From assembly GCA_017161705.1 (NCBI GenBank), contig JADFCW010000002.1, forward strand, positions 4,528-68,527: a stretch of DNA of 64,000 nt, read 5' to 3'. The notes below the pieces were generated by a model. It was not told the origin of the DNA, did no database searches, and worked only from the letters and a program-made list of their open reading frames with translations. Source of the stretch: Candidatus Sumerlaeota bacterium. GTDB lineage: Bacteria; Sumerlaeota; Sumerlaeia; JADFCW01. The position numbers and the translations under genes are program-made. The first letter of the stretch is position 1; each line of letters opens with the position of its first letter. Shown piece by piece: positions 39,745-50,658 of this stretch.

Positions 39745-41610
39745 TTACCGCACCCCATGAAAGCATTTGTGCAGATGATCCTCGGGCATTTTCCGCGTGA
39801 TCAGCGACACCACAACGGTCGCGACCACGGCCAGAGGAAAGGCAATGACCAGCGCGTCGAGAAACCGCCAGGTTCCCTGCAGAATGAGCGAGGGATTGGG
39901 ATGGTTGAGAAAGGGGAGGAGGAGCGCGGCGAACCGGGCGTTGACCATCTGCACGCAAAACAGCCAGAACATGCTGACAAAGAATCCCACGCACATGCCG
40001 GCAATGGCGCCGGCTTTGGTGATCCAGCGAAAATACAGCCCGCCGAAATACATCGGCAGAAAAGAAGATGCACACAAACCAAAAAACAGCGCCGTCGCCG
40101 CCGGGATAATGCTGCCCGGCAATTTCACGGCCAGACCCAACGTCACCGCAATGCCCAGCACAATCCCGAATCGCGTGATCAGCACAGTGGTGCCGCGGCG
40201 CTCGCCGCCGAGAATGGTTTGCTCGTAAATATCGCGGCCCAGAGCGGTTCCAATCGTATGGAACTGCGAGCTTTGCGTAGACATGGCCGCCGACAGGAGG
40301 GTCAGAGCAAACAGCGCCACGAACCACGAGGGCAGCGCGGACGTAATGAAGGTCGGAATGACAAGGTCCGAATCGCCGCCGGCGCGCACCATGGCAATCT
40401 CGCCGCCGTGCTGGAAAAAATACACATTGGACAGCGCGCCCACGACAAACGCCACGCCGGTCATCATCAGAATGAAAATCCCCCCGGTCGGCACCGCGCG
40501 GTTCAACTCGCGGTTGCTTTTTACAGTCATGAAACGCACCACCAGCTGCGGCTGGGCCAGAACGCCGATCCCGACGCCGAGAATCACTGTCGTGACCATG
40601 AAGCACCAAAACGGCGTGTTGAACGCGGGCATATCCGTCCAGCCGCGCCAGCCCCCGCGTTGCAGCCGAGCCACGACGGCCATACTGGCCACGCCCTTGG
40701 GGTCGGTGGCGGCAATGGCGCCGAATTTCTGGAGCAACTGGTCCTCCTTTGGATTTTCCGCCAAATACTTTTTCCTGGCTTCTTCGCTCATCGGTTTGAG
40801 TTTGTCCCTGAGCGCGGCGGCGGCCAGGCCCATATCCGTCACTGACGCCAGGGTCAGCTGCTCGCCGGTCTTCTGGTTGTAGTTTTCGACAGCTTGTGCC
40901 GCGTTTGCCTCCAAGTCCGCCGGCAGCCGGGACAACGCTTCGTGGCCGGCCACAACTCCACCCAGTCTCCCATAGGAATAGAGAATCAGAATCACCATTC
41001 CGGCGAGCATGATTCCGCCCTGCAAGGCATCGGTCCACATAACCCCCTTGAGCCCGCCGGCGATCACATAGAGGGCCACAAGCACCGTGTAAATGAGCAT
41101 GGCCATTTGCAAAGCTGTGGCCAGAGTCATGGCCTGATCCATGTGAAAGGTCTTGACGATAAACGTTCCCGCGCCGCGCAGAACGGCCGAGGCATAGACA
41201 GGCATGAAGAGAAAAATAACGAGGGCGGAGAAGAACTGGATGAATTTGCTTTGATACCGCCGGCCCAGAAACTCGGGGAACGTGTGGGCGTCAAGGTTGT
41301 GGCCCATGCGCCGCGTGCGCTTGCCGAAAAACACAAAGGCCACGAAAATCCCAACGAAGATATTGAAGAATGTCAGCCACAGCAGACCCATCCCGAAGTT
41401 TGCCGCCGCCCCTCCGAAGCCTACAATGGCCGACGTGCTGATAAACGTCGCCCCATAGGACAACGCCATAACGACCGGATGAGCGCGGCGCCCCGCCACC
41501 AGATAATCCGCGGTTGTCTTAGTCTTCGTATAAGCATAAAATCCGATCCAAGCGCACGCCAGAAGATAAATCACCGTAATGATGATCAGGGTGGCGTCCT
41601 GCTCGCTCAT
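39745..41610 (-). CDS. Sodium:solute symporter family transporter (large subunit)
   Basis: 13 to 14 TM helices, SSS-family N-terminus, AGGGAGGG RBS. Confidence 0.8.
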   Translation of the reverse strand: MSEQDATLIIITVIYLLACAWIGFYAYTKTKTTADYLVAGRRAHPVVMALSYGATFISTSAIVGFGGAAANFGMGLLWLTFFNIFVGIFVAFVFFGKRTRRMGHNLDAHTFPEFLGRRYQSKFIQFFSALVIFLFMPVYASAVLRGAGTFIVKTFHMDQAMTLATALQMAMLIYTVLVALYVIAGGLKGVMWTDALQGGIMLAGMVILILYSYGRLGGVVAGHEALSRLPADLEANAAQAVENYNQKTGEQLTLASVTDMGLAAAALRDKLKPMSEEARKKYLAENPKEDQLLQKFGAIAATDPKGVASMAVVARLQRGGWRGWTDMPAFNTPFWCFMVTTVILGVGIGVLAQPQLVVRFMTVKSNRELNRAVPTGGIFILMMTGVAFVVGALSNVYFFQHGGEIAMVRAGGDSDLVIPTFITSALPSWFVALFALTLLSAAMSTQSSQFHTIGTALGRDIYEQTILGGERRGTTVLITRFGIVLGIAVTLGLAVKLPGSIIPAATALFFGLCASSFLPMYFGGLYFRWITKAGAIAGMCVGFFVSMFWLFCVQMVNARFAALLLPFLNHPNPSLILQGTWRFLDALVIAFPLAVVATVVVSLITRKMPEDHLHKCFHGVR

Positions 41611-41624
41611 GATTTTCCCTCCCT

Positions 41625-41804
41625 TTATGGTTCAAACGGTTTCTCCACTTCCTTTTCGCTCTGTCTCCACGCGACCTCCTCGCGTTTGGGCGCCTCGTCA
41701 CCGCCTCGGTTGAAGTTAACTGCGCCGTAGATCAGGCACAGCGCAGCCGAGGCCAGACACAATCCATAGGCCAAAGCCACCGACGTTCCTTCGATTCCGA
41801 ACAT
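41625..41804 (-). CDS. Putative solute:sodium symporter small subunit (DUF4212-like)
   Basis: 59 aa with a single TM helix. AAGGAG RBS. Lies 14 bp upstream of the symporter gene, an arrangement seen in known SSS two-gene pairs. Confidence 0.6.
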   Translation of the reverse strand: MFGIEGTSVALAYGLCLASAALCLIYGAVNFNRGGDEAPKREEVAWRQSEKEVEKPFEP

Positions 41805-41930
41805 GGTTTCTGCTCCTTCCCCCCACAACAGGCCGCCATCTCGGCTGCATTGCTGCCAATAACCAGGACCGCACCCCCAACCTTGCCTCAACCGTGGGGC
41901 CGCGTCCGACCAATGGGCCGGACCGTACCG

Positions 41931-43256
41931 TTACGTTTCCGGTTCGTGCTCGATATCTTCGAGCTTGCCGGCAAAGTAGGCATCGTACGCGCCCATGTCA
42001 AAGAAGCCGTGGCCGCTGAGCTCGAAAACGATCGTCTCCGGCTTGTTCTCCCTTTTGCAACGGAGCGCCTCGTTGCGCGCGACAAGAATGGCATGAGCCG
42101 ATTCGGGCGCAGGCACAATGCCTTCCGTGCGCGCAAATTGCACCGCCGCGTCGAATACGTCGGTCTGATAGACCGCCACCGGCTCGACAATCTTGTCGGC
42201 CACCAGCCGGCTGATGATCGGCGCCATGCCGTGGTAACGAAGCCCGCCGGCGTGAATGCCCGCCGGCACAAAGTTGTGGCCAAGCGTGAACATCTTCAGC
42301 AGCGGCGTCATTCCCGCCGTGTCGCCGAAATCATAGTCGAACTTCCCGCGCGTCATACTCGGGCACGCCTTCGGCTCGACGCCGAGGAACCGGATGGGCT
42401 TGCCCTCGAGCTTCTCGCCGATAAACGGCAGGATCAGCCCGCCAAAATTGCTCCCGCCGCCGCAGCAGCCAATCAGCACGTCGGCCGTTGTCCCCGCCAT
42501 CTTCAACTGCTTTTGGGTTTCCAGACCGATGACCGTCTGGTGCAACAGAACATGATTCAGAACACTGCCCAAGGAGTAGTTCACGCCGTCGTGCGTGGCC
42601 GCGTCTTCGACCGCCTCGCTGATGGCGATGCCCAGACTGCCGAGGCATCCGGGGTCTTTGGCCAGAACGGCGCGTCCGGCATTGGTTCTGTCGGTGGGGC
42701 TGGCAAACACCTCGGCGCCCCACGTATGCATCAGCGAGCGGCGATACGGTTTTTGCTGATAGCTGATCTTGACCATATAGACGGTGCACTGCAGACCGAA
42801 CTTGCAGCAGGCAAAGGACAGCGCGCTGCCCCACTGGCCGGCACCCGTCTCGGTCGAGAGGCGTTTGATTCCAGCCTTTTTGTTGTAATAAGCTTGAGCG
42901 ACGGCCGTGTTGGGTTTGTGGCTGCCGGCTGGCGACGTCCCTTCGTATTTGTAAAAGATTTTCGCCGGCGTTTCGAGCTGCGCCTCCCAGTGCGTGGCGC
43001 GGATCAGCGGTGTTGGCCGCCACAAGCTAAGAATCTCCAGAACCTCATCGGGAATAGGAATCCACCGCTCCTTGCTGACCTCCTGCTCGATCAGCGCCAT
43101 GGGGAAGATGGCCGACAGAGCTTCGGGCCCGATCGGCTGTTTGGTTGCCGGATTGAGCGGAGGGTCCACCGGGGTTGGCAGATCCGGCAGCACGTTATAC
43201 CACTGCGCAGGCATTTCGGAGACCGGCAGATAGATCGAGTCGGATTTCATCGGCAT
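41931..43256 (-). CDS. TrpB2-type tryptophan synthase beta-like PLP enzyme
   Basis: N-terminal [21 protein letters not shown] is characteristic of TrpB2. Other PLP-fold motifs support the call, including GSHKPNTA (the PLP-binding lysine) and the GGGSN loop. Confidence 0.8.
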   Translation of the reverse strand: MPMKSDSIYLPVSEMPAQWYNVLPDLPTPVDPPLNPATKQPIGPEALSAIFPMALIEQEVSKERWIPIPDEVLEILSLWRPTPLIRATHWEAQLETPAKIFYKYEGTSPAGSHKPNTAVAQAYYNKKAGIKRLSTETGAGQWGSALSFACCKFGLQCTVYMVKISYQQKPYRRSLMHTWGAEVFASPTDRTNAGRAVLAKDPGCLGSLGIAISEAVEDAATHDGVNYSLGSVLNHVLLHQTVIGLETQKQLKMAGTTADVLIGCCGGGSNFGGLILPFIGEKLEGKPIRFLGVEPKACPSMTRGKFDYDFGDTAGMTPLLKMFTLGHNFVPAGIHAGGLRYHGMAPIISRLVADKIVEPVAVYQTDVFDAAVQFARTEGIVPAPESAHAILVARNEALRCKRENKPETIVFELSGHGFFDMGAYDAYFAGKLEDIEHEPET

Positions 43257-43472
43257 TTTCAGGCATTTCCTTTCCATGTAATGATGATGGACAATAGCAT
43301 TTTCTCTCTCCCCCCGAATGGGACTCTGATAGCGCCCCATTCCAGGCACTCCTGCACATAGGCTATTGTCTTTCCAAGGGGCTAATAAACTACAGCCAAG
43401 CCGCAAGGTGAGGGATGCTTTGCGGCTTTGTCAAAAGAATTTTGCGGGAAAAGAAAGGAAGTATTTGGCGGA

Positions 43473-44834
43473 CTAGGCAGACTTTTCACGTTTATGGCGG
43501 GTGATGAAAAGAAATACAAATAGGATGACCGCTAGAACCGTCGCGACGAGAAACCCTACGGGCGCCAGCAGCGTGCCCCATAGGTGATTTGCGCGATAGA
43601 GACGGAAAACCCATTTGCCGCGAAGCGTGTCCAACTCGCGGCGGCAGGCAACCAGCTCCCTTTCCAATTCCGCAACCTGCCGCTCCCGCACATAGTCGCG
43701 AAGGGCAATCATCATTTTATTCTCACGGCGCTGCGGGCTGCGGCACCACTCGGCCAGCGGCTCGATCGTCTTGTCCCATGTCAAATTGTCCGCAACAAGC
43801 CGTCGGGCGTTTTCGCCGCGCTCGGCTGGAAGCGACGGCTGCGAAAGGATGTTTTCAATTGTTGCGCGAAGGCCGGCCCGGTCGTCCGGCGAAAGAACCC
43901 AGCCGGCCTTATACCGCGCAATCAACGGCGCAAGATCATCGTAATCCCCGTGAATGACCGGCAGGCCGCACCACAGGTAAATGACCGTTCTCGTGGGAAA
44001 CGCCAGCTCGCGCTCGGCGTTGCGCTCCATGAGATCCAGCGCTGCACCAGCGCGGCAATAGGCGTCCACCAGCTGCTCGAACGGAACAAGGCCGTTCATT
44101 TCCACGCGGGGGTCGCCGCTGAGCCGTTCGAGAATTGCTTCAAACTTGCCTCCCGAGACATCCACGGTCGGGTGGGCGCCGCCAAAAAACCGCAGGCGCC
44201 CGCGTCCTGCCGAAGCCACCGCATCGAGCAGTGTCGTCAATGCCCGCGACGGGTCCTGCCACGGCAAAAACATTCCGCCATAGACAAAGCAGGCCGGATC
44301 GCGCTCGCGCGCCGCAGGCAATTGCGGGTCGGCAGAAAAGGGAATCACGGGGCAGAGCGACGGATCGGCGACGTCAAATCCGGCTATGCCCAGAAAGGGC
44401 AGGAAGTAGAGCCGCTGCGACCGCCCGGAGCAGGTGACAAAATCGGCGCGCCGCAGCGCCGCAACCTTTTCGGCCAGGTCGCCTTCCGGCGACCGGCTGC
44501 CCCAGAATCGCCGTTCGAGCAAATGCGGGCCGGCCAGGTCAATCGCAATCGGCGCTTCGACCTCGCCCAGATCCCGCATCAATCCCCAGTGCTGCATAAC
44601 AAGAATATCCGGCGAGCGCTCGCGCACGAACTCGGTCAGCAGCGGCCGGGAGAAACACCCGATCCGGCTGCCGCCATCGCCGGCGCCGGCCGCGGCCTCT
44701 TCCGGCATGGCCAGTTCGACCGAAAAGCCCGCCGATTCGAGGCCGCGCGCAAGACCCCAGGCGCGCAGGCCCGCGCCGGTTGTAATCCTGCCGGGAAAAG
44801 GAAGCGGCTCGGTTGTAAGAACGAGAATCTTCAT
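43473..44834 (-). CDS. Glycosyltransferase family 4 (GT1 fold) with C-terminal coiled coil and TM anchor
   Basis: GT-B C-terminal domain motifs. Terminal hydrophobic helix LLAPVGFLVATVLAVILFVFLFI. Confidence 0.7.
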   Translation of the reverse strand: MKILVLTTEPLPFPGRITTGAGLRAWGLARGLESAGFSVELAMPEEAAAGAGDGGSRIGCFSRPLLTEFVRERSPDILVMQHWGLMRDLGEVEAPIAIDLAGPHLLERRFWGSRSPEGDLAEKVAALRRADFVTCSGRSQRLYFLPFLGIAGFDVADPSLCPVIPFSADPQLPAARERDPACFVYGGMFLPWQDPSRALTTLLDAVASAGRGRLRFFGGAHPTVDVSGGKFEAILERLSGDPRVEMNGLVPFEQLVDAYCRAGAALDLMERNAERELAFPTRTVIYLWCGLPVIHGDYDDLAPLIARYKAGWVLSPDDRAGLRATIENILSQPSLPAERGENARRLVADNLTWDKTIEPLAEWCRSPQRRENKMMIALRDYVRERQVAELERELVACRRELDTLRGKWVFRLYRANHLWGTLLAPVGFLVATVLAVILFVFLFITRHKREKSA

Positions 44835-44937
44835 CGCAGGTGTGAGATAAACGGGATGGACGCAATGGACACGGTGAACGGCACAGACACGCGTGTGGTT
44901 TGAAACAGCCTCGGTCTTTTGCCCCGTCCGGTTGTCC

Positions 44938-45762
44938 TCATTCTTTTCCCGTGTCCGGCTGTTTCAGGGTTTCCTTCCACTCGTTTCGCACGTTCAGTTC
45001 GGGAATTGTCTGCCACTCATTCCAGCGGTGGAGAATCCGGCTTTCGTCGTCATTGGCCGAATCGAGCCCCAGCCAGCCGATGGCTGCGTCGAGCCATTCC
45101 TGCGGGTAGGTTTCAATCTCCATGCCGAAGACAAACCAGTGCAGTTCGGCGCCGATACTCAGCGGCTGAAGCCGCCCGTCGTCCCACAGAACGCCGTTGC
45201 GCACAATGCCGCGGCGATACATCCGCGACCATGGATGCTCGATGTCGGTATAGTGGTTGCCGGCGATCATCTCGTTTTTCACGCGCGAACCGTAAAGCGG
45301 CCCGACACCGCCTTCCAGCCGCCACTCGCGCCAGATGCCGGCGCCCCGGCGATCCAAACCGACACTCTTGCCCTCGAAAAAAACCACACCCAACTGCGCC
45401 AAGACCGTCGCGCGTGCTTTGGCTCCTGCGCTGCGATAGCCGTGGGGTACATGGAACCGAACCCGCAGCAGATCGCACAGGTCCAGCGCGCGATCGAGTA
45501 AAAAACCGACGATCACCGGCCGCTCCGGATACGTGCGCTCGGGCGGTGCGGGAACGATGCCGGGATGAGTCCTCGGGCCGGCCGGCGCGGTGTCGGATGA
45601 ATCCGGTTGTACGGCTGACGGTCTCGCGGGCAAGGTGTCGGCAGGTACTTCCGCTGCGTTTGCCGACGATTGTCCGCCGGAAAGTTGAACGGCAGCAGTG
45701 ATCGAAACGGCGATGAGTGTTGCCCAAAAGTCCGCCGGCCGCACGGAAGCAATACCTTTCAT
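44938..45762 (-). CDS. Secreted hypothetical protein
   Basis: Start trimmed to MKGIASVRPADFWATLIAVSITAAV (signal peptide, GGGGAG RBS). The upstream 107 codons of the track ORF are Arg/Thr-rich antisense-like junk that overlaps the end of the sulfatase gene. Confidence 0.45.
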   Translation of the reverse strand: MKGIASVRPADFWATLIAVSITAAVQLSGGQSSANAAEVPADTLPARPSAVQPDSSDTAPAGPRTHPGIVPAPPERTYPERPVIVGFLLDRALDLCDLLRVRFHVPHGYRSAGAKARATVLAQLGVVFFEGKSVGLDRRGAGIWREWRLEGGVGPLYGSRVKNEMIAGNHYTDIEHPWSRMYRRGIVRNGVLWDDGRLQPLSIGAELHWFVFGMEIETYPQEWLDAAIGWLGLDSANDDESRILHRWNEWQTIPELNVRNEWKETLKQPDTGKE

Positions 45763-45811
45763 GTCTGCAAGTCTCCCCGTTTGGATTCGCCGCGGAACGC
45801 CCGCGACCGTT

Positions 45812-47293
45812 TTACGCGGCGCGCCGCTTCCTGCCTGCTTTCTTGGGCGCGGACTCAGGTACCGGCGCCGACGCCCCCAACGGATTGCCGTTGCGCGTTG
45901 TCGGCTCCAGTTGCGCAAAGTTGTCGCCCGTCTGCTCCATCCACTTGTCCAGCATCGCCGCGAGGCGGTCGCGTTCGTCGCGCACCGGGCCGGACGAGGG
46001 CAGGGCTGCGGCCAGATTGTTGATCTCGCCGGGGTCGTTTTCCAGATCATAGAGTTCCTCGCCGAACCGCCGATAGCGGACATATTTCCATCGCCCCGCC
46101 TGGATCATGCGAATCGGATTGGCCCAGCGCTGTTTCGAGTGATACTCGCACACCATAAACTCGCGCCATCGCTCCGGCTTTCGTCCCTCGAGCATCGGCC
46201 GCAGACTCATTCCCGCGACGCCGTCCGGAATCGGAACGCCGGACAAGTCGCAGAGCGTCGGAAGCAGGTCCACGTTGGAGACCGGCGCAGCACACGTTTG
46301 TCCGCCGGCGACGACGCCCGGCCAGCAAATGGCCAGCGGCACCTCGACCAGTTCCCGATACATGCACGGGCCCTTGAACGGCAGGCCGTGCGCGCCGCCG
46401 AGATCGCCGTGATCGGAGGTGAATACGATAATCGTGTTTTGGTCGAGGCGATGGTCGCGCATAGCATCGAGGATGCGCCCGATTTCGGCATCCACGCGCT
46501 CGACCAGATGATAATACACTTCGAGATAATTGCGCCATTCGGCGTCGCCGAAGCCTTTGGCGGCCACACCCTGGTCTTCGTCGCGATAGACGCTCTGGGG
46601 TTCGGGCTTGGTGCGCAAATCATCGCGCCGGCTCTCGGGCAACACAATGGTGCGTTTTCCTATCTCGATCTGCTTTTGAATTTTTTGAAAGCCATAGATA
46701 TCGTGAGGGTTGACAAAGGAAGCAAACATCACGAACGGCCGGCGGGGACCGCGCCGCAAATACTCAATTGCACAGTCGGCAACCAGTTTATCCTGTCCGC
46801 CCCTGGCTTCGTTGACCGTCTGGAAGCCGTGGGCCGACGGACTTCCGCCCAGATGCCATTTGCCAAAGTAAGCAGTATCATATCCGGCGGCGGAAAAGAC
46901 TTTCCCCGCCGACGGAAGGGCCGGATCCAGTGGCTTCGATCCAATGGCATCTATATTGGTAATTACCCCCGTTGTGTGCGGCCAGCGGCCGGTGAGAATC
47001 GCCCCGCGCGAGGCCGAACACTGCGGCGTGGCGCAAAACGATTGGGTGAATCGCACGCCCTGCCGGGCGATCCCGTCCATAGCCGGTGTGCGCAACGCCG
47101 GATTGCCCGCCGCCGACATCGCATCGTACCGCTGTTGATCGGTGAACAGAAAAACGATATTGGGGCGGCTGGATTTGGATGCGGGCGTGCTCTGTCCGCG
47201 CAAGGCGCCAGGGACAGAACCCGCCAAAGCAGCCCCCCCCAATTGGTGAAGAAACGTCCGCCGCGAAAGTCCAGTCTTTCGGCTCATCGTCAT
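45812..47293 (-). CDS. Sulfatase with Tat signal and a variant C-x-A-x-R active-site motif
   Basis: RRTFLHQLGGAALAG. NIVFLFTDQQRYD. Signature region reads CATPQCSASRGAILTGR, with Ala at the usual Pro position. Confidence 0.8.
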   Translation of the reverse strand: MTMSRKTGLSRRTFLHQLGGAALAGSVPGALRGQSTPASKSSRPNIVFLFTDQQRYDAMSAAGNPALRTPAMDGIARQGVRFTQSFCATPQCSASRGAILTGRWPHTTGVITNIDAIGSKPLDPALPSAGKVFSAAGYDTAYFGKWHLGGSPSAHGFQTVNEARGGQDKLVADCAIEYLRRGPRRPFVMFASFVNPHDIYGFQKIQKQIEIGKRTIVLPESRRDDLRTKPEPQSVYRDEDQGVAAKGFGDAEWRNYLEVYYHLVERVDAEIGRILDAMRDHRLDQNTIIVFTSDHGDLGGAHGLPFKGPCMYRELVEVPLAICWPGVVAGGQTCAAPVSNVDLLPTLCDLSGVPIPDGVAGMSLRPMLEGRKPERWREFMVCEYHSKQRWANPIRMIQAGRWKYVRYRRFGEELYDLENDPGEINNLAAALPSSGPVRDERDRLAAMLDKWMEQTGDNFAQLEPTTRNGNPLGASAPVPESAPKKAGRKRRAA

Positions 47294-47500
47294 TGGCCTC
47301 TCCTGCAAAGTGAATGAAACACCAACCGCTTTTGCAATTCTCCTGCAATCTGTCTTATGCGGGAGAAAACCCATCCGGCAAGCTAAATGTCGAATCGAAA
47401 AAACGGCAACAAATAATAGTTGCCGCACAGGATGCTTTCATGATACGCATTTTTTACCAGAACTGAAGTGCGAGATTATGCGAGGACCGGAGGCCGTATC

Positions 47501-48238
47501 ATGCTCAGTCACCTGTCGCTCAGCTATCGGTTGGCCGTAACCCTCTTGTTAGTCAATCTGGCGTTGGGATTGCTGTTCCTCCATGTGAAGGTGCGCGAAA
47601 CCATCGCAGTCAAAGACGAGTCGCCTGGTCTTTCCATGGACGATTTGCGCTTGCACTTTCAGGGCGACCCCACCGTCAACCGCCTGCAATTCATGATGCG
47701 CGGTCGTATGCACGATAAATTTGCGAGCCCCGACGAGATGGACGTTATTCTGGAGTGGATTGCCCAGGGCGCAACGCGCGAAGGCTATGAAAGCGATGTG
47801 GCGCCGATCCTCGCCCAACAATGTATCAGCTGTCATGGGCCCGAAGGCGAGCAATCCAGATGCCCCCTCACATCCTATGAGCAGGTGGTCCGCTATACCC
47901 AGATGTTAGACACCGGCATCTCGTATGAGACGCTGGCCGATGCTTCGCCCCTCTATTTGGTCGGTCTCGCCACCATGGCTGCGTTGATGGGCTTGGTGTT
48001 TTACGCCACCCGCTGGCGCGGTCGGTGGAAGGGCGTGCTGATCGCGTTGCCGCTGTTCTGCGCCGCCGCCAACGTATTGTCCTGGTGGTCGGCAAAACAG
48101 TCCGACTTCTTCACCTGGTTGGTTTATATGACCGGCCTGGTTTATGGCTTGGTAGTGATTGCAATGATTCTGATAACGCTAATAGACTTGTGGATTTTGG
48201 CGGAGGAAAAACCGGCCTCCCTGCCCAGCAAGTCCTAG
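47501..48238 (+). CDS. Membrane-anchored monoheme c-type cytochrome domain protein
   Basis: GGAGG RBS 7 nt before ATG 47501. N-terminal TM helix, CISCH heme motif in the periplasmic segment, two to three C-terminal TM helices. Confidence 0.55.
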   Translation: MLSHLSLSYRLAVTLLLVNLALGLLFLHVKVRETIAVKDESPGLSMDDLRLHFQGDPTVNRLQFMMRGRMHDKFASPDEMDVILEWIAQGATREGYESDVAPILAQQCISCHGPEGEQSRCPLTSYEQVVRYTQMLDTGISYETLADASPLYLVGLATMAALMGLVFYATRWRGRWKGVLIALPLFCAAANVLSWWSAKQSDFFTWLVYMTGLVYGLVVIAMILITLIDLWILAEEKPASLPSKS

Positions 48239-50346
48239 CGATTCTCCGCCGGTTCTTTCAGCGGCGCGATCCACAGACCATACGGCACGCCCGGCCGCAA
48301 TTCAAAGACCGCGTGTCGCCGGCACAGCTCGATAAACTCCAGAATGACCGTCATCGTCTTGGGGTCAAGACGCGGGTCTTGCTGAAACGGCGGATAAAAC
48401 GGCGCCAGCCGGCGCGCTTCGCGAATATCGCCCGCGGCGGCTTCGAGCAGCGGTTCGAGGCTGGGCAGAGTCCGCGGGGTGTAGGTCCCCACAATTCGCC
48501 GCAATTCAAATTCGTTCACATATAAATAATCAAAGCCCTCCTCTTGCAGCCGACCGAGCAGCTGGCTGCTCGACTCCATACCCGCCGCATAGTCTGCCAG
48601 CGGGCTGCGATCGAAAACCGAACCGACACTCACGCGGCGCTCGAAGCACCCGATCCGCGCTTCGTAGAGCAGAAAGATCCGTGCATCCGGCGTCGTGCGC
48701 TCGTTGACAAACCTCTGGCTTGCCACCACGTCGGGACCGAGCGCCCATTCCAGAACTTCCAAACGCGGGGTCGTGGAAAAAAGATGCATCGCCAACGCCG
48801 GCGCCGACGGCCCTTCCGCCGCTGTGGGAAAGCCGATCCGACCCACAGCCGACGCCGGAACTTCTCCCTTCGCCGGATTGAACAGGCCCAGAAGCGCCGT
48901 TCCGATCCACAGGACGAAAGGCGCGGCCGCGCACGCGCGCCACGGTTTGCCGCTGCCCGGAATACCCTCGATCGCCCATGCGGCAAGTGCCGCCGCTGTC
49001 GGCAGAAACACCAACATGAAGCGGTCGGGATTCTTGGGGAAAACACTATGCACCAGCAGGCCCAGCACCCATGCGACGATTAGGCAATGATAGGCCATAT
49101 CCCGACGGCGGGTCCAAAGCCCCAATCCCAGGACAGCCGCGAGCCACCAGCCCATGCCGGTCAAATTTTTCAGCACCGAGCGCCAGTAAGTCGCCTCGCC
49201 GGGATTCGTGCGGCCATGCGCCGCCATATAGAAGTCCGTCTGCTCCGGCGACCAGTTTTCGGTCGGAAACCACCTTGCCAGCAGCGGGTACACCGGATTG
49301 CCATGGTGGACGGCATTTTTGGCTGCCCATGGCCCAAAAACAACGCCAACCATCAGAAAGAAAAGAAAAAAGGAAATAACAGGTCCACTCCATCCATAAC
49401 GACCACCGCGTCCATTCTGCCCATCCCGTCCATACCCTCCCCACCCCCTCACGCATCCCGCTCCCAGCAACACCGCAGCTGCCGGAAAAACCACCAGTCC
49501 CGCCGCGGTGTATTTGCAGCAGACCGCCAGGCCCAAAAAAATCGCCCAGAGATAAAAAAATCTCTGCTCGTTCCTTTCAAACCACCGAAGCCACGCCAGC
49601 ACCGCCAGCGCCGAATACCACGCAACGCCTTGATCGTTCAGCGCATCGGCCGCTGTCTTGAGACTGATCGGATGGATCGCAAACAACAGACAGGCCAGAA
49701 GCCGCAGTGCCCGCTCTCGGCACCCGACCGCGCTGATGGCATATACGGCGGCAATGTTGGAGACATAGACGCCGAAGTTGATCCATTTGGGAACAGCCGG
49801 CAGAAGCGGATTGCCTTCCGCAAAACACCCAAGCGCATACCACATCTCGACCTCGAACGGCAGCGCGGCGTAGAACAACCGGGGAAACGCAACGATTCGC
49901 CCTTCGCGCAACCAGTGCTGAACCGCACCCAGATGATATTCGAGCACGTCGTAGTTAGCCGGCGGCGGAATCGCCCGCAAGCCCACGCAGAACACAGCAA
50001 GAGCCAGAGCAATCAGGGCGAGAACTTCGATTGGCGTTTGCGGGGTTGCCCATAGCCGCAGGCGCAGCGCAACGGTTCGGGAAAGGTATCCTGCTGTCGC
50101 CGCGAGGAGAAACAAGACCGCAAGAATCGCAAAGCCGTTCGCGCGCCAACCGCCCGCGAGTCCCAGCAGCAGCGTCGCGTGGGATAGAATCCCCATGCCG
50201 AGGCCCAGTGCAATACAGTGCAATTCCAGCGGCGTCTGGAATCGCGCACGCAAGCACTGAAGAACGAGCCGCCCGACTCCAGCCCCCGCGGCAAAAATCA
50301 CAAGGCCAACAAGGATTGCGTAGAGCGTTGGGACGAGAATGATCAT
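48235..50346 (-). CDS. Polytopic membrane glycosyltransferase-like protein (GT-C fold, ArnT/PMT-like)
   Basis: 703 aa with at least 12 TM helices and a few loops. The GT-C-like topology is a tentative reading. Confidence 0.55.
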   Translation of the reverse strand: MIILVPTLYAILVGLVIFAAGAGVGRLVLQCLRARFQTPLELHCIALGLGMGILSHATLLLGLAGGWRANGFAILAVLFLLAATAGYLSRTVALRLRLWATPQTPIEVLALIALALAVFCVGLRAIPPPANYDVLEYHLGAVQHWLREGRIVAFPRLFYAALPFEVEMWYALGCFAEGNPLLPAVPKWINFGVYVSNIAAVYAISAVGCRERALRLLACLLFAIHPISLKTAADALNDQGVAWYSALAVLAWLRWFERNEQRFFYLWAIFLGLAVCCKYTAAGLVVFPAAAVLLGAGCVRGWGGYGRDGQNGRGGRYGWSGPVISFFLFFLMVGVVFGPWAAKNAVHHGNPVYPLLARWFPTENWSPEQTDFYMAAHGRTNPGEATYWRSVLKNLTGMGWWLAAVLGLGLWTRRRDMAYHCLIVAWVLGLLVHSVFPKNPDRFMLVFLPTAAALAAWAIEGIPGSGKPWRACAAAPFVLWIGTALLGLFNPAKGEVPASAVGRIGFPTAAEGPSAPALAMHLFSTTPRLEVLEWALGPDVVASQRFVNERTTPDARIFLLYEARIGCFERRVSVGSVFDRSPLADYAAGMESSSQLLGRLQEEGFDYLYVNEFELRRIVGTYTPRTLPSLEPLLEAAAGDIREARRLAPFYPPFQQDPRLDPKTMTVILEFIELCRRHAVFELRPGVPYGLWIAPLKEPAENR

Positions 50347-50375
50347 GGATCGCCGGGGGGTTTAAAAACCTGCAG

Positions 50376-50430
50376 TTCTAACTTCACATGTCAGCAGGTT
50401 GTTTGTAGTTTCGGCTTCAGCAGGGCCGTT
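50376..50430 (+). repeat. Degenerate solo unit of the GTAGTTCA/CTTCAG repeat
   Basis: AGTTCTAACTTCACATGTCAGCAGGTTGTTTGTAGTTTCGGCTTCAGCAGG is roughly 70% identical to the 52 bp unit. Confidence 0.4.
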
Positions 50431-50658
50431 GCCTCACGGCGCGCACAAATTCTTTCGTTTAAAGATATAGCATAGCCAAGAGGCCTGTATCTTTATGGAG
50501 CATCCCATGTTTGGTTGGGGTTGGACGCCGTGCTCAGTGCGTCGAAACTTGTCGGTGCCGTATGGGTTCATCGCGCGACAAACTATGACCCCGGCCTTTA
50601 CGGGCAGCGGTCATGCGGGTCTGCATGGATCTGCGCTCCCATAGGCTCTTGCCTTGCC

